Source of the DNA: Candidatus Dojkabacteria bacterium
GTDB taxonomy: Bacteria > Patescibacteriota > Dojkabacteria > SC72
NCBI GenBank assembly: GCA_012513575.1
Contig: JAAZBX010000004.1
Coordinates: 11,481 to 75,480 of the forward strand
Length of the DNA stretch: 64,000 nucleotides
Direction of reading: 5' to 3'
Part shown: piece by piece, positions 37,664 to 47,242 of the stretch
Layout: each line of letters begins with the position of its first letter
How positions within the stretch are numbered: the first letter of the stretch is position 1
The notes under the pieces: model-generated
Database searches by the model: none
What the model was told of the DNA's origin: nothing
What the model saw: only the letters and a program-made list of their open reading frames with translations
Program-made: the position numbers and the translations under genes

Positions 37664-38632
37664 ATGGATAAAGTAAAAACAATATTTCTTGGAACTGGAT
37701 GGGAATCAGTTGAAACTCTAAAGACATTACATAAAAGTAAGGCGTTTGAAGTTGTTGCTGTAATTACAACTCCAGACAAACCAATTGGCAGAAAGCAAAT
37801 TGTCACACCCTCAGACGTTAAAAAATATGCCTTAGAGAACAATATACCAGTAGAACAGCCGGATAAGGTTAAAGAAAGATATATAGAAATTGCACAGAAG
37901 TACAATCCTGAGATTGTCATATGCAAAGCATTTGGAGAAATTGTCCCAAAGGAATTTTTAGATTATCCCAAATATGGATGCATAAATATTCACTTTTCAC
38001 TTCTTCCGAAATATCGGGGTGCAGTACCAATTCAAAAGGCTCTACTGGATGGAGAGAAGGAGACTGGAATTACAATTATGCTGATGAGTGAGGGCTTAGA
38101 TGAAGGAGATATTATAGATACCTACACCGAAGAGATTAGAGAGGATGATACAAATATCTCCCTTAGAGAACGCCTTGTGAAAAAAAGTACTGAGGTTTTG
38201 ATACCAGTTTTAAATAAATGGATAAACGGAGAGATAGTTCCAATAGCTCAAGAAAATAGCTTAGCAACTTACTGTTGGCAGAAAGATATTTCAAAAGATA
38301 AAGCAGAAATAAAATTGGAAGAGTACGAACCAAAATATATTGATAGGATGGTAAGAGCATTTATTCCATGGCCTATTACTTGGATAGTTCTTCCTGAGAG
38401 TAACAATGAGAATCTTTCTAAAAAAACAATGAAGGTATATAAAGCGGAGCTTACCAAAGGGAAGAAGATAATAATGCCAGGGATGCTTTGGACGGATGGA
38501 AGAGATGTATATGTCTCGACAAAAGAAGAAGGAGTCTCCCTCAAACTTATTGATTTCCAAATTGAAGGAAGGAATCGAATGGGAGGAAGAGAGTTTCTAA
38601 ATGGAGTTGGACGATTTATTCCCAAGAATTAA
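37664..38632 (+). CDS. fmt: methionyl-tRNA formyltransferase
   Basis: IFLGTG ... VVAVITTPDKPIGRK ... NIHFSLLPKYRGAVPIQKALLDGEKETGITIM (formyltransferase SLLP/HxSLLP block). Start at MDKVKTIF. Confidence 0.9.
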   Translation: MDKVKTIFLGTGWESVETLKTLHKSKAFEVVAVITTPDKPIGRKQIVTPSDVKKYALENNIPVEQPDKVKERYIEIAQKYNPEIVICKAFGEIVPKEFLDYPKYGCINIHFSLLPKYRGAVPIQKALLDGEKETGITIMLMSEGLDEGDIIDTYTEEIREDDTNISLRERLVKKSTEVLIPVLNKWINGEIVPIAQENSLATYCWQKDISKDKAEIKLEEYEPKYIDRMVRAFIPWPITWIVLPESNNENLSKKTMKVYKAELTKGKKIIMPGMLWTDGRDVYVSTKEEGVSLKLIDFQIEGRNRMGGREFLNGVGRFIPKN

Positions 38633-39190
38633 CTTATAATCTATTCCAAAATTTCCAGATCTGAGATAGTAGCCACCTGCGAAGTCACTGAGAGCCCCAA
38701 GAATTTCTAACTTATATTCCCCTATCTCCTCATCATCAAATGCCCAGAAAAGATAACTAATTAACTGTTCTAAAGGGGTTCTCTCATTTAACAAAGATTT
38801 TACATCATCTGCAACTAATCCCATCCTTATCATCATTGCAATGGCTTTAACGGTTGCTTTATCATCATCTTCTACATCATGTGTTGTCGAATAATCAATT
38901 TCTTCTTCATCACATTCTTCTTCAAGTGGAGTGTCGTCCATAGAAAAATACTGACCATACATTTTATAGTGATTTAAAACTAGTGTTCTAAATTCTTCAG
39001 GTGAAAGAGACAAAGCGTGTGCAAAGTAGATACAAACCGAATCTAATCCAGACAAACCATTTTCTCTTGAGACATTGTCTGTAGTAATCGTCCCACTCGC
39101 AAGTTCAAAGGCAATTGAATAAGCGATGTTGTCTCTTCTAATTTCTAAAGAACCTCGCTCATCAGGTTCAATTTCGTGTTCTGAAGGCAT
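38597..39190 (-). CDS. hypothetical highly acidic cytoplasmic protein
   Basis: Intact 197-aa ORF immediately downstream of rnpB on the same strand. Rich in D/E. No motif. Confidence 0.4.
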   Translation of the reverse strand: MPSEHEIEPDERGSLEIRRDNIAYSIAFELASGTITTDNVSRENGLSGLDSVCIYFAHALSLSPEEFRTLVLNHYKMYGQYFSMDDTPLEEECDEEEIDYSTTHDVEDDDKATVKAIAMMIRMGLVADDVKSLLNERTPLEQLISYLFWAFDDEEIGEYKLEILGALSDFAGGYYLRSGNFGIDYKLILGNKSSNSI

Positions 39191-39211
39191 TTTAAGGTGT
39201 ATTAAATAAAA

Positions 39212-39519
39212 TGTATAAGTACATAATAAGCCGGATTCTGTATAACGATGGTTATCTATCTATGCGGTTTAACCTTGCTTTAAGTGGGGGTTACAATGCA
39301 ACAATGTATTACTACACTGCTCGGTAGTCTCTTACACTACCTTTTCACCCTTACCTAGTAAACTAGGCGGTATACTTTCTGTTGCCCTTTTCTCCGAAAG
39401 ATCACTCCCTCCCAACTCTCGTTGGCACTTATCTCGACATGTTCGAGACAGACATAAAGTCCGGACTTTCCTCATTTACTCCCGAAGGGTAAATGCAACC
39501 ATCTAATAGTACTTATACA
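39212..39519 (-). ncRNA. rnpB: RNase P RNA, bacterial type A (compact)
   Basis: Minus-strand transcript: P1 UGUAUAAGUAC...GUACUUAUACA at the two ends. P3 hairpin with UUCG loop. P4 strands GAGGAAAGUCCGGAC and ACAGAAUCCGGCUUAU. P10-12 region GGUAAGGGUGAAAAGGUAGUGUAAGAGACUACC matches the universal GGUAAGGGUGAAANGGUGCGGUAAGAGCGCACC. GC-rich relative to its flanks. Confidence 0.85.
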
Positions 39520-39530
39520 ACAAGATTTTA

Positions 39531-40442
39531 CTATTTCCTAGCCTTTTTTACAAGGTAAATTGCAAGTACAATTATTAACGCAATTGGTACCCCAAAGACT
39601 ACAAACCAGATTGCAAAATTTACCAATCCTTTTCCAAATTCCCCAAGTGCTCTAATAGCATCTTTCAAAACTCCAAAGGGCTTCCATTTCTCTTCAGGTT
39701 CGAAAGTCCCAGCACTGCTTTGAGAAATTGAGACCGTTATTGTAGAGTAATCTGTTTGGTTCGCATAGTACTTTAATTGTGACTCAATTGCCTCAATCTT
39801 ATACCTAATCTCATTTAATTCTTTAAAGACTTCCATTGTATCTTTAACATTTGTTGATTGTTTCTGAATCTCAAGTAGTTGCTTCTCAGTATTTTGATAA
39901 GTATTCAATCTTGCCTCCAAATCCATCACCTGTTCAGTTACATCTTCTGAACTAACTGAGGAGAAGATTTTTTCGGCTTTAACCCCTTCCAAATCACTTA
40001 ACATTTCATCGAAAGATCCCTCTTCTACTTTAATTACAATGCTTATATTTCTCGATTTTCCAGTTCCTTGATCAGAAGAATTTGATATTTCTGCACCATA
40101 TTTATCTATTACATCCTGAACCTCTTCCTTAGTCTTATCAATATTGTCTGCACTAAATCCTATCTGTCCTCTTCTTATTACATTTTTTTCTTGGGAACTA
40201 TTTGGAGCGGCTTGGTCAGCTACTAAGTTTTTCTCAACAGATGGCGACGAAGTAGACACATTAGGAGAGACCCTTCCAACTGAATCTACGTCCAAAGAGT
40301 ATGATTCTTCCTGAGAACTTCCTTCCCCCGCGATCGTTGCTACACTCCTTAACAAAACCACACCGATAAAAAAGAGCATCCCCAAACCGACTAAGGAGAG
40401 AATACAGATCCCAATTATTTTATAATACTTTTTCTTTTCCAT
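39531..40442 (-). CDS. DUF4349-like membrane protein (N-terminal TM, coiled coil, C-terminal TM)
   Basis: Architecture and the C-terminal FAIWFVVFGVPIALIIVL segment. Low-confidence family call. Confidence 0.4.
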   Translation of the reverse strand: MEKKKYYKIIGICILSLVGLGMLFFIGVVLLRSVATIAGEGSSQEESYSLDVDSVGRVSPNVSTSSPSVEKNLVADQAAPNSSQEKNVIRRGQIGFSADNIDKTKEEVQDVIDKYGAEISNSSDQGTGKSRNISIVIKVEEGSFDEMLSDLEGVKAEKIFSSVSSEDVTEQVMDLEARLNTYQNTEKQLLEIQKQSTNVKDTMEVFKELNEIRYKIEAIESQLKYYANQTDYSTITVSISQSSAGTFEPEEKWKPFGVLKDAIRALGEFGKGLVNFAIWFVVFGVPIALIIVLAIYLVKKARK

Positions 40443-40535
40443 ATTAATTGAAATGAAAAATTAACATACTTCATAATAGAAGATACGTTTAAGTATTACA
40501 ACAACTCAAATGTGAATTTAACAAAAAGAATGAAA

Positions 40536-40925
40536 TTACCTCTTTGAGAACTGAGGCTTCTTTCTTGCTTTAACGTGGTGATATTTCTTTCTCTCTACCT
40601 CTCTTGGATCTCTTGTAACAAGATGCTCTTTTCGTAAAGTTGACTTTAATTCAGAATCCATTCCATAGATTGCTCTTGCCAAGCCCAACCTTACAGCCCC
40701 TAACTGCCCCGTTATTCCTCCGCCATTAACTTTAGCAGTAAAAAAGAATTTCTTATCAAGGCCAGTAACAATTAATGGCTTATTTACAATATTATCAACA
40801 TTTTCTTTCCCTCCAAAAAATTCGTCTATTGGCTTATTGTTAATAGTTGATGTCTTATCTCCTGCAAAAATCCTAACTCTTGCAGTCGATCTTTTCCTTC
40901 TTCCTATTCCTTCAAAATACTTCAC
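40536..40925 (-). CDS. rpsI: 30S ribosomal protein S9
   Basis: ...GGGITGQLGAVRLGLARAI...C-terminus KARKKPQFSKR. Confidence 0.95.
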   Translation of the reverse strand: MKYFEGIGRRKRSTARVRIFAGDKTSTINNKPIDEFFGGKENVDNIVNKPLIVTGLDKKFFFTAKVNGGGITGQLGAVRLGLARAIYGMDSELKSTLRKEHLVTRDPREVERKKYHHVKARKKPQFSKR

Positions 40926-40935
40926 TTCTGTTTAA

Positions 40936-41373
40936 TTAATTAAATTTAATCTCGATTGGGTTCTGTCCTCCATGTTTATGAACAGAATTTTTATAGACAT
41001 ATAATCTGGCAATTCTTGCATCCCTTGATTTATTATTTGGTAACATATTCTTAACTGCATCAGTAATTATTTTGGTTGAATCCTTTTCCATCTGTCTTTG
41101 CCATGTAGTTTCTTTAAAACCACCAGGATACATTGAGTGTCTATAATACATTTTATTAAGTTCTTTACCTCTTGTTAATTTTACATTATCACTATTGATT
41201 ACAATTACATTATCTCCACAATCTACATCTGGGACAATTTCTGGTTTTTCTTTGCCTATCAATAATGATGCTATCTTTGTTGCAACTCTACCAAGAATTT
41301 GATCTTTAACATCAACAACATACCACTTTCTTTCTAGATTCTCTTTTTTTGTCCAAACTGTTTTGTATTTCAT
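40936..41373 (-). CDS. rplM: 50S ribosomal protein L13
   Basis: KWYVVDVKDQILGRVATKIASLLIGK; conserved L13 core. Confidence 0.95.
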   Translation of the reverse strand: MKYKTVWTKKENLERKWYVVDVKDQILGRVATKIASLLIGKEKPEIVPDVDCGDNVIVINSDNVKLTRGKELNKMYYRHSMYPGGFKETTWQRQMEKDSTKIITDAVKNMLPNNKSRDARIARLYVYKNSVHKHGGQNPIEIKFN

Positions 41374-41389
41374 ATTTAGTAACTAATAA

Positions 41390-41896
41390 TTAAAGTCCTG
41401 ATCTTGTTCTAGCTCTGTCTCCATGTTTAACAACAGCGGTTTTATCAACCCTTTTATCAATATCAAGTACTTTCTTTTTATCCTCTTTCTTAATTTCCTT
41501 CTTAACCTTCTTTTCTTCTGCTTTTTTCTCTGTTGCCTTTTTCTTTTTATCCATTCCAATTAAAGATACTCTTGATTTCTCTGCATTATCTCCTACTCTA
41601 AAACCAGTTTTTACAATTGTCACTCCAACCTTTTCACTTTTCACATATTCGGAGAACTTCTTTATCAATTCAGAATTACCTAGTGTATTATGTATCTTTT
41701 TTGTAAAATTTAAATCTTCAGATTTTGTTTTACCTTCCTCTAGAAGAGAGGACATGTCTGATTTTAAAATTTTTGCTTTTGGAGATGTTGTCTCAACTTG
41801 GCCTCTCTGCAACAATGAGATTAAAAGATTTTGTCTCAAAGAATTTCTATGTGCCATCTTTCTCCCTAATTTTGCTTTTTTTACTCTTTTATACAT
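41390..41896 (-). CDS. rplQ: 50S ribosomal protein L17 with a lysine-rich C-terminal extension
   Basis: MAHRNSLRQNLLISLLQRGQVETTSPKAKIL matches the L17 N-terminus. About 60 extra K/E-rich C-terminal residues. Confidence 0.9.
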   Translation of the reverse strand: MYKRVKKAKLGRKMAHRNSLRQNLLISLLQRGQVETTSPKAKILKSDMSSLLEEGKTKSEDLNFTKKIHNTLGNSELIKKFSEYVKSEKVGVTIVKTGFRVGDNAEKSRVSLIGMDKKKKATEKKAEEKKVKKEIKKEDKKKVLDIDKRVDKTAVVKHGDRARTRSGL

Positions 41897-41902
41897 TCAA
41901 AA

Positions 41903-42865
41903 TTAGTTGTTAATATTAATACCGTACTCATTTAATAGCTCTAAAATTTCATTCAAAGATTTATTCCCAAAGCCTGGGAGATTTAACAACTCAGTTGCAG
42001 TGGTATTTCTCAAATCCGCAACAGTCTTAAATCCACCTGCTAGCAACCCAGTCTTGGACCTCTTTGATATGGGCAACTCTTCAACTTTCCATCCGCCAAT
42101 TTCATCATCCTGAGCAACTGTACCAACTTCTTCAACTTGAGGTGTATTTACTTCCTCCTGGATAGCTTCAACTTCTTTTTGAGCCATTCCCATTGCAATC
42201 ATTACTTTTCCTGCAAATTCCTGAAGAATTTTAGCAGAATCTAACAATGCATCTTTAGGAGTTATACTTCCATCTGTTGTAACACCTATAAGGACTGCAT
42301 CCAAATCTGTTTCTTGCCCTTTTCGTGCCTGTTCAATAAGTAAGCTTACTTTCTCAATTGGGGTAAAATCACAATCTAAAGGGATCACTCCAATCTCTTT
42401 CCTTCCGCTGGTTGGGATGATTTTATATCCAACGCCCGACTCTACAGTAAATTCCATTTCCATAGAGGAAGAGGAATCTGTTAAAGTTGCAATATGCAAA
42501 TCCTTGTTTACAACTTCATAATCGCCAGAGGTTTCAATATCCTTTGCAGTAATTTCTTTTTTCCCTTTTACTGATAGTTTACAAACTGCCAGTTCGGAAG
42601 ACTTTGTACTAAACTTAACTTGCTTTAAATTCATTATCACATCAATCATGTTCTCTTGGACACCCTCAAGTGTTGAGTACTCATGATCAACACCCTTAAT
42701 ACTCACTGATGTAATTCCGGCTCCTTTTAAGCTTGAATACAAAATTCTTCTTAATGCATTCCCCAAAGTATGACCGTACCCTCTTGGTAATGGTGAAATT
42801 TCAAAAAGACCATAATTTCCAGCTTCTTCTTTAATTGTAACCTTAATATCTTTAAACGCTTCCAT
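41903..42865 (-). CDS. rpoA: DNA-directed RNA polymerase subunit alpha
   Basis: N-terminal domain GYGHTLGNALRRILYSSL. C-terminal helix-hairpin-helix domain. Confidence 0.95.
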   Translation of the reverse strand: MEAFKDIKVTIKEEAGNYGLFEISPLPRGYGHTLGNALRRILYSSLKGAGITSVSIKGVDHEYSTLEGVQENMIDVIMNLKQVKFSTKSSELAVCKLSVKGKKEITAKDIETSGDYEVVNKDLHIATLTDSSSSMEMEFTVESGVGYKIIPTSGRKEIGVIPLDCDFTPIEKVSLLIEQARKGQETDLDAVLIGVTTDGSITPKDALLDSAKILQEFAGKVMIAMGMAQKEVEAIQEEVNTPQVEEVGTVAQDDEIGGWKVEELPISKRSKTGLLAGGFKTVADLRNTTATELLNLPGFGNKSLNEILELLNEYGININN

Positions 42866-42882
42866 TTAGTAAAAATATAAAA

Positions 42883-43494
42883 TTATCTAGAATAGAACTC
42901 AATTATTAAGTTCTCCTTAATCCCTTCATCAATATCATCTCTAATCGGCAATCTTACTACTTTACATGAAGAATCCTTTGTTTCAATCCAATCAGGAGTC
43001 TTAAACAATTTCTCATTAGGAGCTAACTTTGCCTTTTTTAGTTCAATTGAATCTCCTTCTCTAATCTCGATAGAGGGAACCGAATTTTTCCGCCCATTTA
43101 ACTTCACATGACCATGTGTAATATACTGCCTCGCAGCAGCCCTTGAAGGAGCTAAGCCTGCCAAATAGAGAACATTATCCATCCTCAACTCTAACAATCT
43201 GAGAAATTCCAGACCTTTATCTGTATTCTTAATTTTTGACCTTCTATCAGATTCTTTATATGCTGCGACCATGTTCTTTTCTCTTAAACCGTATGTCCTT
43301 TTAACCTTTTGTTTCTCTCTTAATTGGAATCCATAGTTTGACAATCTTGCCCTTCTTTGATTCCCATGTTGTCCAGGAGCAAAAGGCTTTCTTTTTAACC
43401 CTGATTTATCGGAGAATGATCTTGCACCCTTAAGGTGTAATTCAACTCCTTCTCTTCTACTTAATTTTTCTTTTGGTCCTGTATATCTACCCAT
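42883..43494 (-). CDS. rpsD: 30S ribosomal protein S4
   Basis: MGRYTGPKEKLSRREG... S4 domain. Confidence 0.95.
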   Translation of the reverse strand: MGRYTGPKEKLSRREGVELHLKGARSFSDKSGLKRKPFAPGQHGNQRRARLSNYGFQLREKQKVKRTYGLREKNMVAAYKESDRRSKIKNTDKGLEFLRLLELRMDNVLYLAGLAPSRAAARQYITHGHVKLNGRKNSVPSIEIREGDSIELKKAKLAPNEKLFKTPDWIETKDSSCKVVRLPIRDDIDEGIKENLIIEFYSR

Positions 43495-43518
43495 GAATCT
43501 AAAAAATACAAATAAAAA

Positions 43519-43908
43519 TTACTTTCTCGGAATTTTTCTCGGTCTACATCCATTATGTGGAATCGGTGTTTTATCAATAAGCATCGTCACTTTCAACCCT
43601 GCAGAATCTAGACCCTTAACAGCAGCATTTCTTCCAGCTCCTGGGCCCTTAATAACTACTTTGACTTCTTTTAGCCCGTACTTCTTAATAACTTTCTCAG
43701 CAACATCCATAGCAGCTTTAGTCGCAGCATATGCTGTGCTTCTTTTTGCACCTTTAAATCCTACCATTGAAGGACTTCCCTGACCTAGAACCTCACCATT
43801 TTCATCAGCCAAAGTGATAATTGTATTATTAAAAGTGGACTGTATTGTTGCAATACCACTCTGAACATTTCCCTTGGTTGATTTTTTTGTTTTTTTATCT
43901 GTTGCCAT
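43519..43908 (-). CDS. rpsK: 30S ribosomal protein S11
   Basis: GIATIQSTFNNTIITLAD...GFKGAKRSTAYAA... Confidence 0.95.
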   Translation of the reverse strand: MATDKKTKKSTKGNVQSGIATIQSTFNNTIITLADENGEVLGQGSPSMVGFKGAKRSTAYAATKAAMDVAEKVIKKYGLKEVKVVIKGPGAGRNAAVKGLDSAGLKVTMLIDKTPIPHNGCRPRKIPRK

Positions 43909-43916
43909 TTTCTATA

Positions 43917-44300
43917 CTATGTTTTATCTAAAGTTCTCTTTAATCCTCCGACAGGCCTACTCTTTCCTTTTCTCGTTCTAGCATTATGTCTAGTTCTTTG
44001 ACCTCTTACTGGAAGACCTAATTTATGTCTAATTCCCCTATAGGATCTCATATCTTTTAACCTTTTAATGTCCCTAAATCTTTCCTGTCTTAATTCTCCT
44101 TCGACACTAAAATTTTCTTCAATGTATTTTCTTACTCTATCTAATTCTGTTTCAGAAAGGTCCTTTACAAATTCTACTTCCTTAACATTTGCCCCATTAC
44201 ATATCTTTTTTGCAGTAACCTCACCTATCCCGTATATTGACATTAAAGAGACCCACAGTCTCTTATCATTTGGTATTTCAATTCCCGCGACTCTTGCCAT
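43917..44300 (-). CDS. rpsM: 30S ribosomal protein S13
   Basis: MARVAGIEIPNDKRLWVSLMSIYGIG... Confidence 0.95.
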   Translation of the reverse strand: MARVAGIEIPNDKRLWVSLMSIYGIGEVTAKKICNGANVKEVEFVKDLSETELDRVRKYIEENFSVEGELRQERFRDIKRLKDMRSYRGIRHKLGLPVRGQRTRHNARTRKGKSRPVGGLKRTLDKT

Positions 44301-44323
44301 TTTAAAAAAGTATAAATTAATAA

Positions 44324-44440
44324 TTAACCCTGTCTTTGGTTATGATTTGGGTTTTTTCTACAATAAACATATACTCTGCCTTTTCTCTTAACAGAATAGC
44401 AATCAGGACATCTCTTTTTTACAGAAGCTCTTACTTTCAT
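44324..44440 (-). CDS. rpmJ: 50S ribosomal protein L36 (38 aa, below the ORF-track size cut-off)
   Basis: My own translation of the minus strand: [38 protein letters not shown] (C..C...C..H zinc ribbon). Starts directly after the infA stop. Confidence 0.85.
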   Translation of the reverse strand: MKVRASVKKRCPDCYSVKRKGRVYVYCRKNPNHNQRQG

Positions 44441-44674
44441 TTAATTCATGTATCTATATGTTATTCTGCCTCTTTCTTTGTCATAAGGCGTCATCTCAAT
44501 TCTCACCTTATCTCCCTCTAATATTCGAATGTAGTGCATTCTCATCTTCCCTGAGAGATAACCGATAACTTCATGCTTAGAGCCGTTTACATCCAACTCA
44601 ACAATGAATTGAGTATTTGGTAAACACTCCTTCACAATTCCATCAAATTCAAAAACTTTCTTACTTTCGTTCAT
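44441..44674 (-). CDS. infA: translation initiation factor IF-1
   Basis: S1-like OB fold: [54 protein letters not shown]. Confidence 0.95.
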   Translation of the reverse strand: MNESKKVFEFDGIVKECLPNTQFIVELDVNGSKHEVIGYLSGKMRMHYIRILEGDKVRIEMTPYDKERGRITYRYMN

Positions 44675-44813
44675 AGTTAGTCAATAATCCACACTAGTGG
44701 AATCTTTGGAATTATACCAAAAGAAGACTAGTAAATCAACAAAATAGTATAAATACTAGATTGTTTGAAGTCCTTGAAAGAGACTAGGTAAGAATAGCAA
44801 AAAAAAGTTTTTT

Positions 44814-45488
44814 TTACAAGTGCAAAATCTTGATAATTTCTTTGTGTATCTCTTCAATACTTGGCGTTGCATCAACCTCAACTAGCAAACCCCTCTCCTC
44901 ATATACTTTAAGAATGGGATGTATTGTCCTGTTGTATTCTTCAAGCCTACTAATTATTTTTTGTGGTTGATCATCATCTCTTTGGATCAAAGCAGTACCA
45001 CACAAATCGCACTTTCCTTCCTCTTGTTCTTTTTTAAACTTTGGGTGATAGGTTGCACCACACTTAGGGCAATATTTTCTTAAAGACATTCTTTCAATGG
45101 CAATATCCGCAGAAAGCACAAAATGAATAAATAAGTCTAATTCTCTTCCCTGTGTTTTTAACAGATTATCAAATAATTCAATCTGACCAACATCCCTTAC
45201 TACTGAAACAAATGCCCAATTCTTTTGTCCATCAAACCTTTTTAGCCATTTGGGAAACATCTCTTTATACACTAACGAGTTTGGGACAAAGAGTCCCTTT
45301 GAAGTATATTCCTTTGTAGCCACCAAGGCATCTTTATCATTCTCTTCGAAAAGCTTTCTAATCATCTGGCCTGTTCCAATATTCTCGAAATTGAAATTCT
45401 TTACAAGGAATTCCACTTGTGTATCCTTACCGCATCCTGATGGCCCATGAAAAAGAATTGTTCTTGGATTATTTTGGACTCGATTCAT
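44814..45488 (-). CDS. adk: adenylate kinase with a zinc-binding lid, atypical P-loop
   Basis: Sits in the conserved position after secY. P-loop GPSGCGKDTQ. LID CPKCG...CDLCG. Confidence 0.8.
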   Translation of the reverse strand: MNRVQNNPRTILFHGPSGCGKDTQVEFLVKNFNFENIGTGQMIRKLFEENDKDALVATKEYTSKGLFVPNSLVYKEMFPKWLKRFDGQKNWAFVSVVRDVGQIELFDNLLKTQGRELDLFIHFVLSADIAIERMSLRKYCPKCGATYHPKFKKEQEEGKCDLCGTALIQRDDDQPQKIISRLEEYNRTIHPILKVYEERGLLVEVDATPSIEEIHKEIIKILHL

Positions 45489-45518
45489 ATGTAATTATTA
45501 TGAATTAATCACTAACCC

Positions 45519-46784
45519 TTAAAGGTATCTATCATAACTTCTTGTCGTAACCATTGATTCGACCTGCCTTTTTACCTCAAGAATAACACCTATTACGATG
45601 AGCAGTCCTGTCCCTGAAAAAACAGCCCCATTTACAAGTCCTACCCTAACAAACAAGTCGGGAAGAATTGACAGAAGAGCAAGAAAAATTGCTCCTACAG
45701 CAGCTAATCTAAGGCTAATTTTTCGTAAATAATCCGATGTGTTTTCTCCGGGTCTAATACCTTGTATAAATGCTCCCTGTTTTTGAAGATTTTCTGCTAA
45801 TTCATCGGTTTTGAATACAACTGAAAGATACACAAAGGAGAAACCAATGACCAATAGGAATGTTAAGCCATCTTTAATATAAGGATTGTTTATGAAATCC
45901 AAAACTTTCTCAGCTACATTTGTTAACCCTTCATTGTAATTTTTACTTACTAAAAATTTCCCCACTAATTGAGGAAATGATAGAAATGCCATAGCAAATA
46001 TTACTGGCATAACACCAGATTGTGTCAGTTTAATTGGGATATAGCTCTCCAAAGCCCCTCCTGTCCTAACTCTTCTAGAGTATTGCACTTTAACCCTTCT
46101 TTCTGCGGTAGTAATTATAACTACTGATGTAACCATAATAAGAGAAATAACGATAAACAGAGTTTTTTGTAGATTGTCCATTGTCAAGAAGTTTGAACGT
46201 ATTGACCCAGGTATTCCTGCTAAAATTCCCAACATAATTAAATATGAAGTCCCACCTCCGAGACCACTCTCGGAAATTAGCTCTCCAAACCACATCATAA
46301 CAACTGAACCTGCGGTAAACGTGGCAACCATCGTTGCCAACTCCAAAGGACCCAACTTTGTGATCAATCCAAACCCTAATAGGGTGGAATAAATAACAAA
46401 AGATTGAAGTATTGCCAACGGAACTGTTAACAACCTTGTGTACATAGAAATCTTTCTTCGACCCTCAGGTCCCTCTTTTCTTGTTTCATCAAGAGCTGGA
46501 ATAACTGTTCCCAATAGTTGAAAAACGATTGATGCATTGATATATGGGGTTAATCCTATCGCCACAATTGAGGCAGTTTCCAGGACGCCACCAGAGACAG
46601 CAGACAAAACATCACCCATGCTAGTCCCTTCAAAAAGACTCTTGATTGCCTCTGCAGGAATTCCCGCAACAGGGACAGAGGAAAGTAATCTAAAAATCAA
46701 CAAAATCAACAAGGAAAAAAGAATTTTGCTTCTAATCTCTTTTGTTTTTAAAATATGCTTGATTCTCTCTATCAATTTGTTCAT
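45519..46784 (-). CDS. secY: preprotein translocase subunit SecY
   Basis: 10-TM profile and operon position after L15. Confidence 0.95.
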   Translation of the reverse strand: MNKLIERIKHILKTKEIRSKILFSLLILLIFRLLSSVPVAGIPAEAIKSLFEGTSMGDVLSAVSGGVLETASIVAIGLTPYINASIVFQLLGTVIPALDETRKEGPEGRRKISMYTRLLTVPLAILQSFVIYSTLLGFGLITKLGPLELATMVATFTAGSVVMMWFGELISESGLGGGTSYLIMLGILAGIPGSIRSNFLTMDNLQKTLFIVISLIMVTSVVIITTAERRVKVQYSRRVRTGGALESYIPIKLTQSGVMPVIFAMAFLSFPQLVGKFLVSKNYNEGLTNVAEKVLDFINNPYIKDGLTFLLVIGFSFVYLSVVFKTDELAENLQKQGAFIQGIRPGENTSDYLRKISLRLAAVGAIFLALLSILPDLFVRVGLVNGAVFSGTGLLIVIGVILEVKRQVESMVTTRSYDRYL

Positions 46785-46796
46785 GATGTTAGGAGG

Positions 46797-47240
46797 TTAT
46801 TTTATTGAACCACCAGCTTTTTTGATTTTTTCAATGGCACTCTCCGAAATCTTCAATCCCTCTACTTTGAGTTTCTTTGTAATTTCTCCTTTTCCGAGGA
46901 TTTTAACAACTTTCGAATTTTTTCTTGCAATTCCCTTTGAGACTAAGGATTCTAAATTTACTAAATCTCCATCTTTAAATTCCTTATCTAAAACTTCAAG
47001 ATTAACTGCTTGAGCTTCTACTTTTTGTGGCTGATTAAATCCTTTGTACTTTGGCATTCTCCTAAAGAAAGGTACATTCCCACCTTCAAAGAACCTTGTT
47101 GATTTATGCCCTGCTCTAGACTTCTGACCTTTTGTTCCTCTTCCGACGGTATGACCACCAACTCCAGATCCATATCCCCTTCCAATCCTTTTTCCTGGCA
47201 TTACTCTGTTTTTTCTTTTTGGTATACTATTTAGTTTCAT
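46797..47240 (-). CDS. rplO: 50S ribosomal protein L15
   Basis: GRGYGSGVGGHTVGRGTKGQKSRAG. Confidence 0.95.
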   Translation of the reverse strand: MKLNSIPKRKNRVMPGKRIGRGYGSGVGGHTVGRGTKGQKSRAGHKSTRFFEGGNVPFFRRMPKYKGFNQPQKVEAQAVNLEVLDKEFKDGDLVNLESLVSKGIARKNSKVVKILGKGEITKKLKVEGLKISESAIEKIKKAGGSIK

Positions 47241-47242
47241 TT

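Noticed and set aside
37645-38625. Several minus-strand ORFs (93, 65, 118 and 89 aa) inside fmt
   Set aside because: They all overlap the strongly supported fmt coding sequence on the opposite strand and have no recognisable features.
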